DNA of 64,000 bases, taken from the NCBI GenBank assembly GCA_947501605.1, contig CANMWZ010000001.1, positions 288,001 through 352,000 on the forward strand, in the 5' to 3' direction. Numbering within the stretch: position 1 is the first letter of the stretch; each line of letters starts with the position of its first letter. The notes below the pieces were generated by a model. That model saw nothing but the letters and a program-made list of their open reading frames with translations, was not told the origin of the DNA and did no database searches. The stretch is from Planctomycetota bacterium (GTDB lineage Bacteria; Planctomycetota; UBA1135; UBA2386). The translations under genes and the position numbers were made by a program. This document shows positions 29,329 to 38,998 of this stretch, one piece after another.

Positions 29329-31494
29329 TCAGCGGCCCAGACCAGGGTGGCCCAGACCAGGGTGGCCCAAACCCGAAGAACCCGAACCCGAGGCACCCGG
29401 CCCAGATGCTGGCGGGGACAACGGCCCCTCGAGTCGCGTCACCCACGCCCGCAACACCTCGCCGCCGCCCGCGAGAATCTCGTCGCGACGCTGCTGCCAC
29501 AGAGGCTCGAGTCCGAGCACTCGCAGCACCGGGAGCGCCGTGCGCGCAAAGGGACTATTGGCCGGTTCGACGCGGAACAACTCGGCGAACGGGGCGGCGA
29601 GCTCGCGGTGGACCTTGGAACCAATCGTCGCATCGGCGGCGAGCGCTGCCGACAACAGCATGCGCGCCTGCACACTGCGACGTTCGTCGAGCGCTAGCGC
29701 GAGGATCCACTCGAGGATCGCGCGGTGCCCATAGACGCGATTCTTGGGCATGGCTCCTTGCGCGGCAATCACCAGTGCTGCGAGTTGCGCCTGGGCGGTC
29801 GCGTAGCGGTCCCAGAACACCGCGTCGCCGACCTGCGGTGCAAGCTCGCGAGGACCACCGACAAGCGGCGATAGTTCGGCCAGCAACTGCAGGAAGACCG
29901 GCCCGAGCTTGCCATCATCGCCGGTCGCGGTGGCGTGGCCGATGCGTTGCTTGGTGGCGGTGTCGTAGACCCACAGATCGACCCGCCGTTGGCTGCCGTC
30001 CGGCCGCACGCTACCCGTGACGATGCGCGTGCACTGACGTTCGCGATCGGTCAGCAGTTCGGCGAGCTTGTCCTCGGCCCACGGCACGCCGGACACCACC
30101 CAACCGCCACCTTCGACAACTGGCAGCGCCACCGCGGATGGAATGCCGGCCAGCAACCAAAGTTGCTCGGTCAAGAACAGCGGCACGCTCCGCGACAGGC
30201 GGCCGAGTTCATCCTCGCGCGTGATCTGCGCAGTCTTCAGCCCGTCGCCCAGCACCGCCAGACCCGCGAACAACACCTGCTTGTCGCTCTGCGGAGGCGG
30301 CAGCAGGAACTCGGGTTTGGCCAGCACCGGAAACCACAACGGCCGGTCCATCCGATAGAGCGTGACCTTGGGCGTGCCCTGAATCGGTTCGGCCGCCGGG
30401 ACCGTCATCCGCGTGAACTCGGCATCGAACGGACCGAGCTGCGCGTCGAGGGCGCGCTGAAACCGCACGCGCAGCTGGTGCAACAACTCCATGCCAAGCA
30501 CGGGTTGCTTCGTTTGCACGTAGTAGGACAGCAGGGCCACACCGATGCCGGGATGATGCTGCTCGAGCCGATAGCGCGGCAGCACGAGCTCGGCGATGGC
30601 CTCCATTTGGCCGGCGCGGCCAAGGTCGTTGACCATCATGAACAGCACGTCGCTCTCGGTGCCGGCAGCGGCGGCGACGGCACGGTACTCCGCGAGTGCC
30701 GGCGCGATGTTCTGCTGCAGCAGGGCCTGCCGAGCCCGCCACAACTGCGGTCGCCAGGTCTTGGGCAGGGCGCACACTTCTTCGAGCGCCGCTCCATACC
30801 CGTCTTGACCGCGGCGCTGGTGCTCGAACTGGAGCCAGCCGTGCAGCGCATCCGGGTGGTTGCCGTCCTTCTGCAGCGCTTGCCACAACAGCGCGGTCGC
30901 AGCGGATCGATTGCCTTCCTTCTCGCGGACCATCGCCAGCCCGACCAGCGGCGACACCGACTGCGGCACCTTCTGCTGCAGTTCTTCGAGCGTTCGGGCG
31001 CACGCTTCGAGCTCGCCAACTTCACGCTGCACCGCGGCGAGGATCGACAGCCCACGCTCGTGGTCGGGGTCAAGCGCCGCGAGGCGCAGGGCCGCCGGCA
31101 GCAGATCGCTGGCGAAGCCGTCGCGCAGATACTGCAGGACCATCGCCGCGAGCCGGTCGGGCGCGTGCGCGTAGGATTCGACCAGCTTGGGCAGCACCTC
31201 CTTGCGCCACTGCTCGCGCGGCAGCGACTGCGGTCGCCCGAAGGCATCGAACATCGTCACCTGAGTCGGCCCTACCGTCGCGGTCGCGGCCGTCGCCGGC
31301 TTGCCTGCAGCCGCGGCCGGCGCACTCGAGTGGTTTCCACTTGGTTGGTTGCCCGCGGACTGCGCCCCAGTTGGACCGCCGGCACTGGCCGAAGGGCTGG
31401 CCGCCCCATGCGTAGCAGTCGGCGGTGGCGTCGGCTGCGGCGTCGGCTGCGGCGTCGGCTGCGGATCGGGCTTCTTGCGGCGAAACAGTCCCAT
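29329..31494 (-). CDS. TPR-containing protein with low-complexity termini
   Basis: MGLFRRKK start, (PQPT)n tract, FDAFGR...W...VLP domain, TPR-like helices and (GLGHP)n tail. Confidence 0.8.
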   Translation of the reverse strand: MGLFRRKKPDPQPTPQPTPQPTPPPTATHGAASPSASAGGPTGAQSAGNQPSGNHSSAPAAAAGKPATAATATVGPTQVTMFDAFGRPQSLPREQWRKEVLPKLVESYAHAPDRLAAMVLQYLRDGFASDLLPAALRLAALDPDHERGLSILAAVQREVGELEACARTLEELQQKVPQSVSPLVGLAMVREKEGNRSAATALLWQALQKDGNHPDALHGWLQFEHQRRGQDGYGAALEEVCALPKTWRPQLWRARQALLQQNIAPALAEYRAVAAAAGTESDVLFMMVNDLGRAGQMEAIAELVLPRYRLEQHHPGIGVALLSYYVQTKQPVLGMELLHQLRVRFQRALDAQLGPFDAEFTRMTVPAAEPIQGTPKVTLYRMDRPLWFPVLAKPEFLLPPPQSDKQVLFAGLAVLGDGLKTAQITREDELGRLSRSVPLFLTEQLWLLAGIPSAVALPVVEGGGWVVSGVPWAEDKLAELLTDRERQCTRIVTGSVRPDGSQRRVDLWVYDTATKQRIGHATATGDDGKLGPVFLQLLAELSPLVGGPRELAPQVGDAVFWDRYATAQAQLAALVIAAQGAMPKNRVYGHRAILEWILALALDERRSVQARMLLSAALAADATIGSKVHRELAAPFAELFRVEPANSPFARTALPVLRVLGLEPLWQQRRDEILAGGGEVLRAWVTRLEGPLSPPASGPGASGSGSSGLGHPGLGHPGLGR

Positions 31495-31572
31495 GGCGGA
31501 TGGTGCGGAGTCGACGGAGCGCTCCGAGGCTGCCGTTGGCGACGGCAGGGCGGGCACAGTAGCGTCGGGGCG

Positions 31573-32838
31573 ATGCTGCGGCCACTCGACACGCAATCCG
31601 TCCGCCGACACTTCCCAGGCTTGTCCCGCAAGATCGCGGGTGCAGAGGCGGTCTTCTTCGACGGCCCAGCGGGCAGCCAGGTGCCAACGCGCGTCGCCGC
31701 GGCCGTGAGCGATTACCTGCTCCACCACAATGCGAACCACGGCGGCCCGTTCGCCACCTCGGTGGAAACCGACGCGATGGTCGACGCCGCGCGGGCCGCG
31801 TTCGCCGACTTCTTCGGGGCGAGCACGCCGGACGAGATCGTCTTCGGGGCCAACATGACGACGCTCACGTTCCATCTCGCGCGCGCGCTGGCGCGCACCT
31901 GGAAGCCAGGCGATGTCCTGGTCGTCACGGACAGCGACCACGACGCGAATGTCACGCCGTGGGTTCTGGCTGCGCGCGACGTCGGCGCCAGCGTTCGTCG
32001 CGTGCCGGTGCGAAGCGATACCACGCTCGACCTCGACGCGCTCGACGCCCTCCTCGATGACCGCACGCGCCTTGTCGCCGTCGGCGCGGCCTCGAACCTC
32101 AGTGGCACCATCCACGACGTGCGCACGATCGCCGATCGGGCCCACCGGCACGGCGCGCTGGTGTTCGTGGATGCAGTGCACTTCGCGGCGCACTGCCGGA
32201 TCGACGTTGGTGCCTGGAACTGCGATTTCGTCGCCTGCTCCGCCTACAAGTTCTTCGGCCCCCACCTCGGGGTGCTCTGGGGTCGACAGGAGCTGCTGCT
32301 GAACCTCGAGGCCTACAAGGTGCGCCCGGCGCCGGCGCACGGCCCGGAGAAGTGGCAGACGGGCACCGCCGCCTTCGAGACCATCGCCGGCGCCCTTGCC
32401 GCGGTTGACTATCTCGCCGACCTCGGCAGCGCGGTCGGCAGCCACGGCAACCGGCGCACCAGACTCGACGCCGCGTTTGCCGCCATCGCGCAGCACGAGC
32501 AGTTGCTGACGACGCGGCTACTGCTCGGGTTGCGTTCGCTCGGTGCCGGCGAAGTTATCGGCCTCGCCGACCCGACCCAGGTCGCGCGCCGCTGCGCCAC
32601 GGTGGCGCTCGTGCCGCGCGGCATAGAACCGCTTCGCCTGCAACGGGCACTGGCCGAACGCGGCATCTTTGCCTGGGCCGGTCACAGTTACGCCCTCGCT
32701 CTCTGCGAATCGCTCGGCCTGCTACCGCACGGTGTCCTGCGAGTGGGCCTGCTGCACTACGCCACTGCCGGCGAAGTAGACCGGCTGCTCGAAGCCCTTG
32801 CCCAGTTGGTCGCTTGCGCGGGGACCCGAGGGGCCTAA
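31573..32838 (+). CDS. Cysteine desulfurase-like PLP enzyme (aminotransferase class V, VC1184-like subfamily)
   Basis: FFDGPAGSQVP, DHDANVTPW, VDAVH, SAYKFFGPH (PLP lysine) and RVGLLHY. Confidence 0.9.
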   Translation: MLRPLDTQSVRRHFPGLSRKIAGAEAVFFDGPAGSQVPTRVAAAVSDYLLHHNANHGGPFATSVETDAMVDAARAAFADFFGASTPDEIVFGANMTTLTFHLARALARTWKPGDVLVVTDSDHDANVTPWVLAARDVGASVRRVPVRSDTTLDLDALDALLDDRTRLVAVGAASNLSGTIHDVRTIADRAHRHGALVFVDAVHFAAHCRIDVGAWNCDFVACSAYKFFGPHLGVLWGRQELLLNLEAYKVRPAPAHGPEKWQTGTAAFETIAGALAAVDYLADLGSAVGSHGNRRTRLDAAFAAIAQHEQLLTTRLLLGLRSLGAGEVIGLADPTQVARRCATVALVPRGIEPLRLQRALAERGIFAWAGHSYALALCESLGLLPHGVLRVGLLHYATAGEVDRLLEALAQLVACAGTRGA

Positions 32839-32898
32839 CCTGCTCGCCCTCGAAACCGCGGCCGCAATGTTGCGACCCTTTTGACTCCGGAGACTGTC

Positions 32899-33591
32899 AT
32901 GAACTTTTCCAGCCTGATCCGCGCGGCCCTCGCCGCCTCGTTCTTCCTCGCTCCCGCCATCGCCCAGATCCAGACCCTGGGTGGCCCCGACGCCGACCGC
33001 AAGGCGAGCATGTTGATCTTCGCCGAGATGACCAACGGCTTCACGCCGCACGGCGCCGTCGCCATCAACTACAGCCAGCCGGAGTGGAAGGCGGACTACG
33101 ACAAGGTCCTCGCTTCGGGCAAGTTCAACGGCACCACGCAGCGACTGGGCAAGAACTGGTGGACCAGCCTCGACACGACGATCGCCCTGGAGATCGGCGG
33201 CACGAAGGTCGAAGCCGGCAGCTACTTCCTCGGCCTGCAAATCGGCAAGGACGGCGCTCCGAGCCTGCTCCTCATCGATGCCAAGTCGGCGATGCAGCAC
33301 GGTTGGCTGCCGTTCGTGACGGCCGACTGGAAGACGGACACCGTCGCCAAGCTCGAACTGCACAAGGACGCACTCGCCGAGTCCCAAGCAAAGATGACGA
33401 TCGCCATCACGGCCGACAAGGATGACACCAGCAAGGGCAAGCTCTCGATCCAATGGGGCAAGCATGAGCTGTCGGCGGCGGTCGCCTTCCACATGCACGG
33501 CAAGGGTGACGCCAAGGCTGCGCCCAAGGGTGAGGCCAAGGGCCACGGCGACACGAAGGGCGCCGAGAAGGCGCACGGCGAGAAGAACTGA
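32899..33591 (+). CDS. Secreted DUF2911-like protein
   Basis: Signal peptide; INYSQP, RLGKNWWT, IGG..VEAGSY and IQWG. Confidence 0.75.
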   Translation: MNFSSLIRAALAASFFLAPAIAQIQTLGGPDADRKASMLIFAEMTNGFTPHGAVAINYSQPEWKADYDKVLASGKFNGTTQRLGKNWWTSLDTTIALEIGGTKVEAGSYFLGLQIGKDGAPSLLLIDAKSAMQHGWLPFVTADWKTDTVAKLELHKDALAESQAKMTIAITADKDDTSKGKLSIQWGKHELSAAVAFHMHGKGDAKAAPKGEAKGHGDTKGAEKAHGEKN

Positions 33592-33677
33592 TCCGCAACT
33601 CGGCGTGGTGCGCCGGCACGCCGCCGCGCCACGCCGCAACACCGCGTTCGGCACATCTGCCAGCCAGCACTCCGACC

Positions 33678-34421
33678 ATGTGGAAGCGTGCACTTGAAGC
33701 GGCCGCGACCCCGCCGGGGTTGTGCATCCTCTTGCTGCTGGCATTCGTGCTGCTCGTGCGTCGGCGGCCGCGAACCGCTTGGATCTTGTTCGCGGGCGGC
33801 TTCTCGACCCTGTGGTTCGCCTCGACGCCGATTGCCGCCGGCGCGCTGTTGCGCACGTTGCAGACCGCGCCGCCGCTGTTGGCCACCGGACCGCTGCCGG
33901 CAGCGCAGGCCATCGTGGTGCTGAGCGCCGAGGCCGACCGCGAAGCCCCCGAGTACGGTGCCGCCTCGGTGGGCATGATGACCCTGGTGCGCATCCGCTA
34001 TGCGGCAGCGCTGTACAAGCGCACACATCTGCCCGTGCTCACCAGTGGCGGGCGCCCGGGCAGCGACGTCGAACCGCTCGGATCGATGATGGCGCGAGTG
34101 CTCGAACAGGAGTTCGACACCCCGGTGCGCTGGCGCGAGGATCGCTCGGCCGACACTTGGGAGAACGCCGCCTTCAGCGCGGAGCTACTGAAGAAGGAGG
34201 GCGTGACCCGCGTGCTGCTGGTCACCCACGCGTGGCATCTGCCGCGGTCCGTCCGCGCGTTTGCCGCACACGGGATCGAGGCCATTGGCGCTGGGACGGC
34301 ATATCGGAGTCCGGCGATCGTCGATTGGACCAGCTTCGTTCCCAGCACGACGGCGCTGCGGGACACCACCTTCGCGCTGCACGAGTGGTACGGCCGACTC
34401 GCCTACGCGTTCCGCGGGTGA
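33678..34421 (+). CDS. YdcF/ElyC (DUF218) family protein
   Basis: N-terminal TMs; SGG, EDRSADTWENA, LVTHAWHLPRS and LHEWYG. Confidence 0.9.
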   Translation: MWKRALEAAATPPGLCILLLLAFVLLVRRRPRTAWILFAGGFSTLWFASTPIAAGALLRTLQTAPPLLATGPLPAAQAIVVLSAEADREAPEYGAASVGMMTLVRIRYAAALYKRTHLPVLTSGGRPGSDVEPLGSMMARVLEQEFDTPVRWREDRSADTWENAAFSAELLKKEGVTRVLLVTHAWHLPRSVRAFAAHGIEAIGAGTAYRSPAIVDWTSFVPSTTALRDTTFALHEWYGRLAYAFRG

Positions 34422-34429
34422 CCCGGCCC

Positions 34430-34480
34430 TCCGCAACCTGAAGGCCTCCGATACCTGATGGGATCCGCAACCTGATGGGG
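34430..34480. repeat. 3 x 17-bp imperfect tandem repeat upstream of the arg promoter
   Basis: TCCGCAACCTGAAGGCC / TCCGATACCTGATGGGA / TCCGCAACCTGATGGGG. Confidence 0.85.
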
Positions 34481-34504
34481 CCCGAGAAATCCCCGGGGAG
34501 GGGC

Positions 34505-34559
34505 TTGCACCTCGGCGGGGTCCGCATAAATATGCGCGCTCGAAGCATACTTATGCAGA
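34505..34559 (+). promoter_or_regulatory. arg operon promoter with tandem ARG boxes
   Basis: TTGCAC (34505-10), 17 nt, AAATAT (34528-33). 18-bp boxes TCCGCATAAATATGCGCG (34521-38) and GAAGCATACTTATGCAGA (34542-59) are separated by the canonical 3 bp. Confidence 0.85.
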
Positions 34560-35047
34560 TTCGCACCACCCCAACCGAGACGCGCGACCAGCGCCGCCAA
34601 CGGATCCTGGAGCTCATCCAGCACCACACGATCCGGAACCAGGCAGGCCTGCAGCAGCGGCTCGAAGAGGCCGGACTGGCCGTGAACCAGGCCACCCTCT
34701 CGCGCGACCTGCGCGATCTCGGGGTACACAAAGGGCCCGAAGGCTACGAGCTGCCCGCCGCCGCCTCGCTGACCCAAGCCGTGTCGGGTGGCAGCCTGTG
34801 GCACGCGCTGCAAGCATGGCTTCTGAACGCAACGGCGGCCCAGAATCTCGTCGTGCTCAAGACGCCGCCTAGTTGCGCGCAACCGCTGGCACTGGCACTC
34901 GATCGCGCCGTCCGTGACGCCCGCGCATTGCCCGGGCTCGTCGGCACCATCGCCGGCGACGACACCGTGCTGGCGATCTGCCAGGACGCCAACAAGGCGC
35001 GCTCCCTCGTCCGCCGCTTGCTGACACAAAAGGACGGCACCGCATGA
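34553..35047 (+). CDS. argR: Arginine repressor
   Basis: QATLSRDLRDLG winged-helix motif and GTIAGDDT. Confidence 0.95.
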   Translation: MQIRTTPTETRDQRRQRILELIQHHTIRNQAGLQQRLEEAGLAVNQATLSRDLRDLGVHKGPEGYELPAAASLTQAVSGGSLWHALQAWLLNATAAQNLVVLKTPPSCAQPLALALDRAVRDARALPGLVGTIAGDDTVLAICQDANKARSLVRRLLTQKDGTA

Positions 35048-36030
35048 CCAAGAACGTGGCCATCGTCGGCGCGTCGGGCTACACCGGCCGCGAACTGCTC
35101 ACGCTGATCTCCCGTCACCGCGGCATGGTGGCGACCGAGATCATGACCGCACGCGCCGGCACCACCCCGGACGCACCGCAGTTCCCAACGGATCCGGTCA
35201 TCGCGCCGCTCGATTTGTCTCGGCTCTCCGCCTGCGACGGGGTGTTTCTCTGCACGCCGCACGGTGCCGCCGCCCCGATTGCAAAGGCCGCGCTCGACGC
35301 CGGCTGCAAGGTTGTTGACCTGTCGGCCGACTTCCGACTGCGTGACGAAGCGCTCTACCAGTCGACCTACGGCTCCGCCCACCCCGCACCTCTCTTGCTA
35401 CGCGAGGCGGTCTATGGCCTCACCGAGCATGCGCGTACGGCCCTGCAGCATGCGCGTCTGTGCGCCAACCCGGGCTGCTACCCGACGTCGGTGCTGATGC
35501 CGCTGCTGCCACTGCTGCAGAACGGCATGCTCGACGACCAGGCGCCGATCATCGCCGACAGCAAGAGCGGCACGTCGGGTGCAGGCAAGGCGCCGGGCGA
35601 GCGCACCCACTTTGGCAATGTGCACGAGAACTTCTGCGCCTACGGCGTCGGCAACCATCGCCACGCTCCTGAGATCCGCCAGGAAGCTGGCACCCAGCGC
35701 ATCGTGTTCACGCCGCACCTGCTGCCGACGTTTCGCGGCATCCTGTCGACGATCTATCTGTCGCCGAAGGCCGGCTCCACGGTTGCGGCGATGCGCAGCT
35801 GCCTCGCCGAACGCTACGCCAAGGAGGCCTTCGTCAAGGTCTACGACAACGGCTGGCCCGAGCTGAAGTGCGTGCAACACAGCAACCAGTGCCATATCGC
35901 GATCGGCCAGTCAGGTCCGCTCGTCGTTGTGGTTTCGGTGATCGACAACTTGGTCAAGGGAGCGTCAGGTCAGGCGCTCCAGAACATGAACGTGATGCTC
36001 GGCCTGCCCGAGTCGGAGGGACTGCAATGA
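35044..36030 (+). CDS. argC: N-acetyl-gamma-glutamyl-phosphate reductase
   Basis: GASGYTG, DLSADFR, ANPGCYPT and DNLVKGASGQA. Confidence 0.97.
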   Translation: MTKNVAIVGASGYTGRELLTLISRHRGMVATEIMTARAGTTPDAPQFPTDPVIAPLDLSRLSACDGVFLCTPHGAAAPIAKAALDAGCKVVDLSADFRLRDEALYQSTYGSAHPAPLLLREAVYGLTEHARTALQHARLCANPGCYPTSVLMPLLPLLQNGMLDDQAPIIADSKSGTSGAGKAPGERTHFGNVHENFCAYGVGNHRHAPEIRQEAGTQRIVFTPHLLPTFRGILSTIYLSPKAGSTVAAMRSCLAERYAKEAFVKVYDNGWPELKCVQHSNQCHIAIGQSGPLVVVVSVIDNLVKGASGQALQNMNVMLGLPESEGLQ

Positions 36031-36842
36031 GGATTCTCGTCAAGATCGGCGGTGCACAGCTCGAAGAAACGGGCCCCCGCGCGCAACTCTGCCAGGCAAT
36101 CGCCGCGGCCCGCAAAGCCGGACATGAAGTCATCGTCGTTCACGGCGGCGGCAACCAGATCCGTCAACTGGGCAAGGACCTCGGCATCGAGGAGCGCTAC
36201 CACGAGGGCCTCCGGATCACCGATGCGCGCACCGCGGATGTCGTCCTGATGGTGCTTGGTGGTCAGGTCAACCGCACGCTGGTGGCCGCGCTGCAACGCG
36301 CCGGAGTGCCTTCGGTAGGCATCAGCGGTGCCGACGGCGGCAGCTTCGCGGTGCGGCCGCTGGTCAAGCCAGGCGTCGACCTCGGGTTCGTCGGCAAGAT
36401 CGACATCGTGCGACCGCAACTGGTGTTGACCCTGCTCCAGGGCGACTTCGTCCCGGTCATCGCGACGGTTGCGCCCGGCGTGCACGGCGACGCCAGCCAA
36501 CCGTTCTTCAACATCAATGCCGATCACGCGGCTGCACCGCTGTGCAAAGCGTTCGCGTGCGAAGCGATGATCTTCTTGACCGATGTCGACGGCGTGCGCG
36601 GCAAGGACGGCACCATGATGCACGACCTGACGCCCACCGACTGCGACGCGCTCATCAAGTCCGGCATCGCGACCGGCGGCATGATTCCGAAGCTCGAGGC
36701 CGCGCTGCTGGCGCTGAAAGAGAACCCGAACGCGATGGTCAAGATCGCCCCCGCTGGCCAGTCCGATGCCGTGTTGGCGGCGCTCAGGAGCGACGTCGGC
36801 ACCACCTTTCATCAAAACGCCTGCGCGACCACGGAGGACTGA
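36027..36842 (+). CDS. argB: Acetylglutamate kinase
   Basis: VKIGG, VHGGG, GLRIT, NINAD and GGMIPK; ATGA overlap with argC. Confidence 0.96.
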   Translation: MRILVKIGGAQLEETGPRAQLCQAIAAARKAGHEVIVVHGGGNQIRQLGKDLGIEERYHEGLRITDARTADVVLMVLGGQVNRTLVAALQRAGVPSVGISGADGGSFAVRPLVKPGVDLGFVGKIDIVRPQLVLTLLQGDFVPVIATVAPGVHGDASQPFFNINADHAAAPLCKAFACEAMIFLTDVDGVRGKDGTMMHDLTPTDCDALIKSGIATGGMIPKLEAALLALKENPNAMVKIAPAGQSDAVLAALRSDVGTTFHQNACATTED

Positions 36843-36843
36843 G

Positions 36844-38046
36844 ATGGACGAAGGCGTGATGAAGACCTATGCCCGCGCCGACGAGGTGTTCGTCGACGGT
36901 CATGGCGCGCGGTTGATCGACAGCACCGGTCGCGAATTCCTCGACTTCCTGGCCGGCATCGCCGTCAGCGCCCTGGGCCACGGACACCAAGGCCTGGCGA
37001 GCAGCCTGCGCGACCAGGTCGGCAAAGTCGTGCACCTGTCCAACCTGTTCCGCCACCCGTACACCGAACAGGTCGCGACGCGACTTTGCGCGCACGCCGG
37101 CATGGCGGCGGCCTTCTTCACCAACTCGGGCACCGAGGCCATGGAATGCGCACTGAAGCTGGCGCGCAAAGCGATGCACGTGCGCGGCGAGAAGCACAGG
37201 ACGTCGTTCGTCGCAGTCGAGGGCGGCTTCCACGGCCGTACGATGGGCGCGCTGTCGCTGACCTGGAGCGAGAAGTACCGCAAGCCCTTTGCGCCGTTGA
37301 TGGATGTCACCTGGGTGCCGCCCGACGACGTGCAAGCCCTCGAACGCGCCGTCGCAGAGAAACAGCCGTGTGCGGTCGTCTACGAGCCGATCCAGGGCGA
37401 AGGCGGCATCCGAGCGCTGGCGCCGGCCTTCCTCCGCGCGGCGCGCGACCTCTGCACGCGCACCGGCACCGTGCTCGTGCACGACGAGGTGCAGTGCGGC
37501 TGCGGCCGCACTGGTACCTTCCTCGCAGCGCAGCAAGTCGGCGTCCAGCCTGATGTCGTCGTGCTGGCGAAACCGATCGCGGCCGGCCTGCCGATGGGAG
37601 CCTGCCTCGCAAACGCAGCGTTTGCTGACACCTTCGAGAAGGGCGAGCACGGCTCCACTTTCGCTGGCGGCCCCTTGGTATGCCGCGCGGCCTTGGTGTT
37701 TCTCGACGAACTCGATCGCGGCCTACTCGCCAATGTACAGGCACGCGGAGAAGAGCTGCGCGCCGGCCTCGTGGCGATCGGCCGCGAACTGCCGATCGTA
37801 CGCGAAGTGCGGGGCACCGGCCTGATGCTCGGCCTGCGCCTCTGGCACTCGGCCACCGAGTTTCAGAAGGCGCTCTACAAGGCTGGCGTCATCACCAACT
37901 GCACGGCCGGCGACGTCATCCGCATCGTGCCACCCTTCGTCATCACCAGCGCCGAGATCGCGCAGGGCCTGCGGATCATGCAGCAGACACTGGCGACCTT
38001 TCCCCAGACCCGCGAACTCGGCGCGGCGGTGAGCCCAAAGTCATGA
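36844..38046 (+). CDS. argD: Acetylornithine aminotransferase
   Basis: NSGTEA, FHGRT, EPIQGEGG, DEVQCGCGRTG, LAKP and HGSTF. Confidence 0.95.
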   Translation: MDEGVMKTYARADEVFVDGHGARLIDSTGREFLDFLAGIAVSALGHGHQGLASSLRDQVGKVVHLSNLFRHPYTEQVATRLCAHAGMAAAFFTNSGTEAMECALKLARKAMHVRGEKHRTSFVAVEGGFHGRTMGALSLTWSEKYRKPFAPLMDVTWVPPDDVQALERAVAEKQPCAVVYEPIQGEGGIRALAPAFLRAARDLCTRTGTVLVHDEVQCGCGRTGTFLAAQQVGVQPDVVVLAKPIAAGLPMGACLANAAFADTFEKGEHGSTFAGGPLVCRAALVFLDELDRGLLANVQARGEELRAGLVAIGRELPIVREVRGTGLMLGLRLWHSATEFQKALYKAGVITNCTAGDVIRIVPPFVITSAEIAQGLRIMQQTLATFPQTRELGAAVSPKS

Positions 38047-38987
38047 GCGATTCTCTCGATCTCTCGCCACTGTCGCAGAAGGACCTGATCTGCACGTCGC
38101 TCCTCCCAGTGGCGGACATCGAGCGCATCTATGCCGTCGCGCGCCAACTCAAGGCCGGCCGCGACGTGCATACGCGCGTACTGGCCAACAAGCGCCTCGC
38201 GATGATCTTCGAGAAGGACTCGTTGCGCACGCGCTTCACCTTCGACATCGGCATGAACGACCTCGGCGGCAGCGTGTCGTTCATGGACCATCGCGATGCG
38301 CGCATCGGTTCGCGCGAGTCGGTCAAGGACATCGCCAAGAACCTCGAACGCTGGGTTCACGGCATCGTCGCCCGCACGTTCAAGCACAAGGTGCTCGAGG
38401 ATCTGGCCGCGGCAGCCGGCATCCCGGTCATCAACGGGTTGTCCGACCACGTGCACCCGTGCCAGGCACTCGCGGATTTCTTCACGCTGGTGGAGAAGTG
38501 GGACACGCTTCGCGGCAGGACCGTGACCTTCGTCGGTGACGGCAACAACACGTGCCACGCGTTGATCCACACCGCGGTGAAGCTCGGAGTGCACATCCGC
38601 GTGTGTTCCCCAGAGGGCTATGAGCCCAACTCGCGAGTCGTGAATGAAGCGATGCGCGCGGCCCAGGAGACCGGGGCCGAGGTGCAGATTCTCAACGACC
38701 CGAAGCAGGCCGCCGATGGGGCCGACGCGATCTACACCGATGTCTGGGCCTCGATGGGCCAAGAAGATGAGATCGAGGAGCGCAACGGCATCTTCGCGGC
38801 CTATCAGGTCGACGAAGAACTGATGTCGCTGGCCAAGCCCGGGGCACTGTTCATGCACTGCTTGCCGGCGCACCGCGGCAAGGAGGTGTCGCAGCAGGTC
38901 ATGGATGGCCCCCGCAGCATTGTCTACGACATCGCTGAGAACCGGCTCCACGTCCAGAAGGCAATCCTCGCACTCTTGATCCGCTGA
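38043..38987 (+). CDS. argF: Ornithine carbamoyltransferase
   Basis: FEKDSLRTR, HPCQ, DVWASMG and MHCLPAHRG. Confidence 0.95.
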   Translation: MSDSLDLSPLSQKDLICTSLLPVADIERIYAVARQLKAGRDVHTRVLANKRLAMIFEKDSLRTRFTFDIGMNDLGGSVSFMDHRDARIGSRESVKDIAKNLERWVHGIVARTFKHKVLEDLAAAAGIPVINGLSDHVHPCQALADFFTLVEKWDTLRGRTVTFVGDGNNTCHALIHTAVKLGVHIRVCSPEGYEPNSRVVNEAMRAAQETGAEVQILNDPKQAADGADAIYTDVWASMGQEDEIEERNGIFAAYQVDEELMSLAKPGALFMHCLPAHRGKEVSQQVMDGPRSIVYDIAENRLHVQKAILALLIR

Positions 38988-38998
38988 CCTCGCCCCCC

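Noticed and set aside
29935..32496. Extended N-termini in the ORF track for the desulfurase-like (967 aa) and TPR (1055 aa) genes
   Set aside because: The extensions are mutual antisense read-through; plausible starts are 31573 (+) and 31494 (-).
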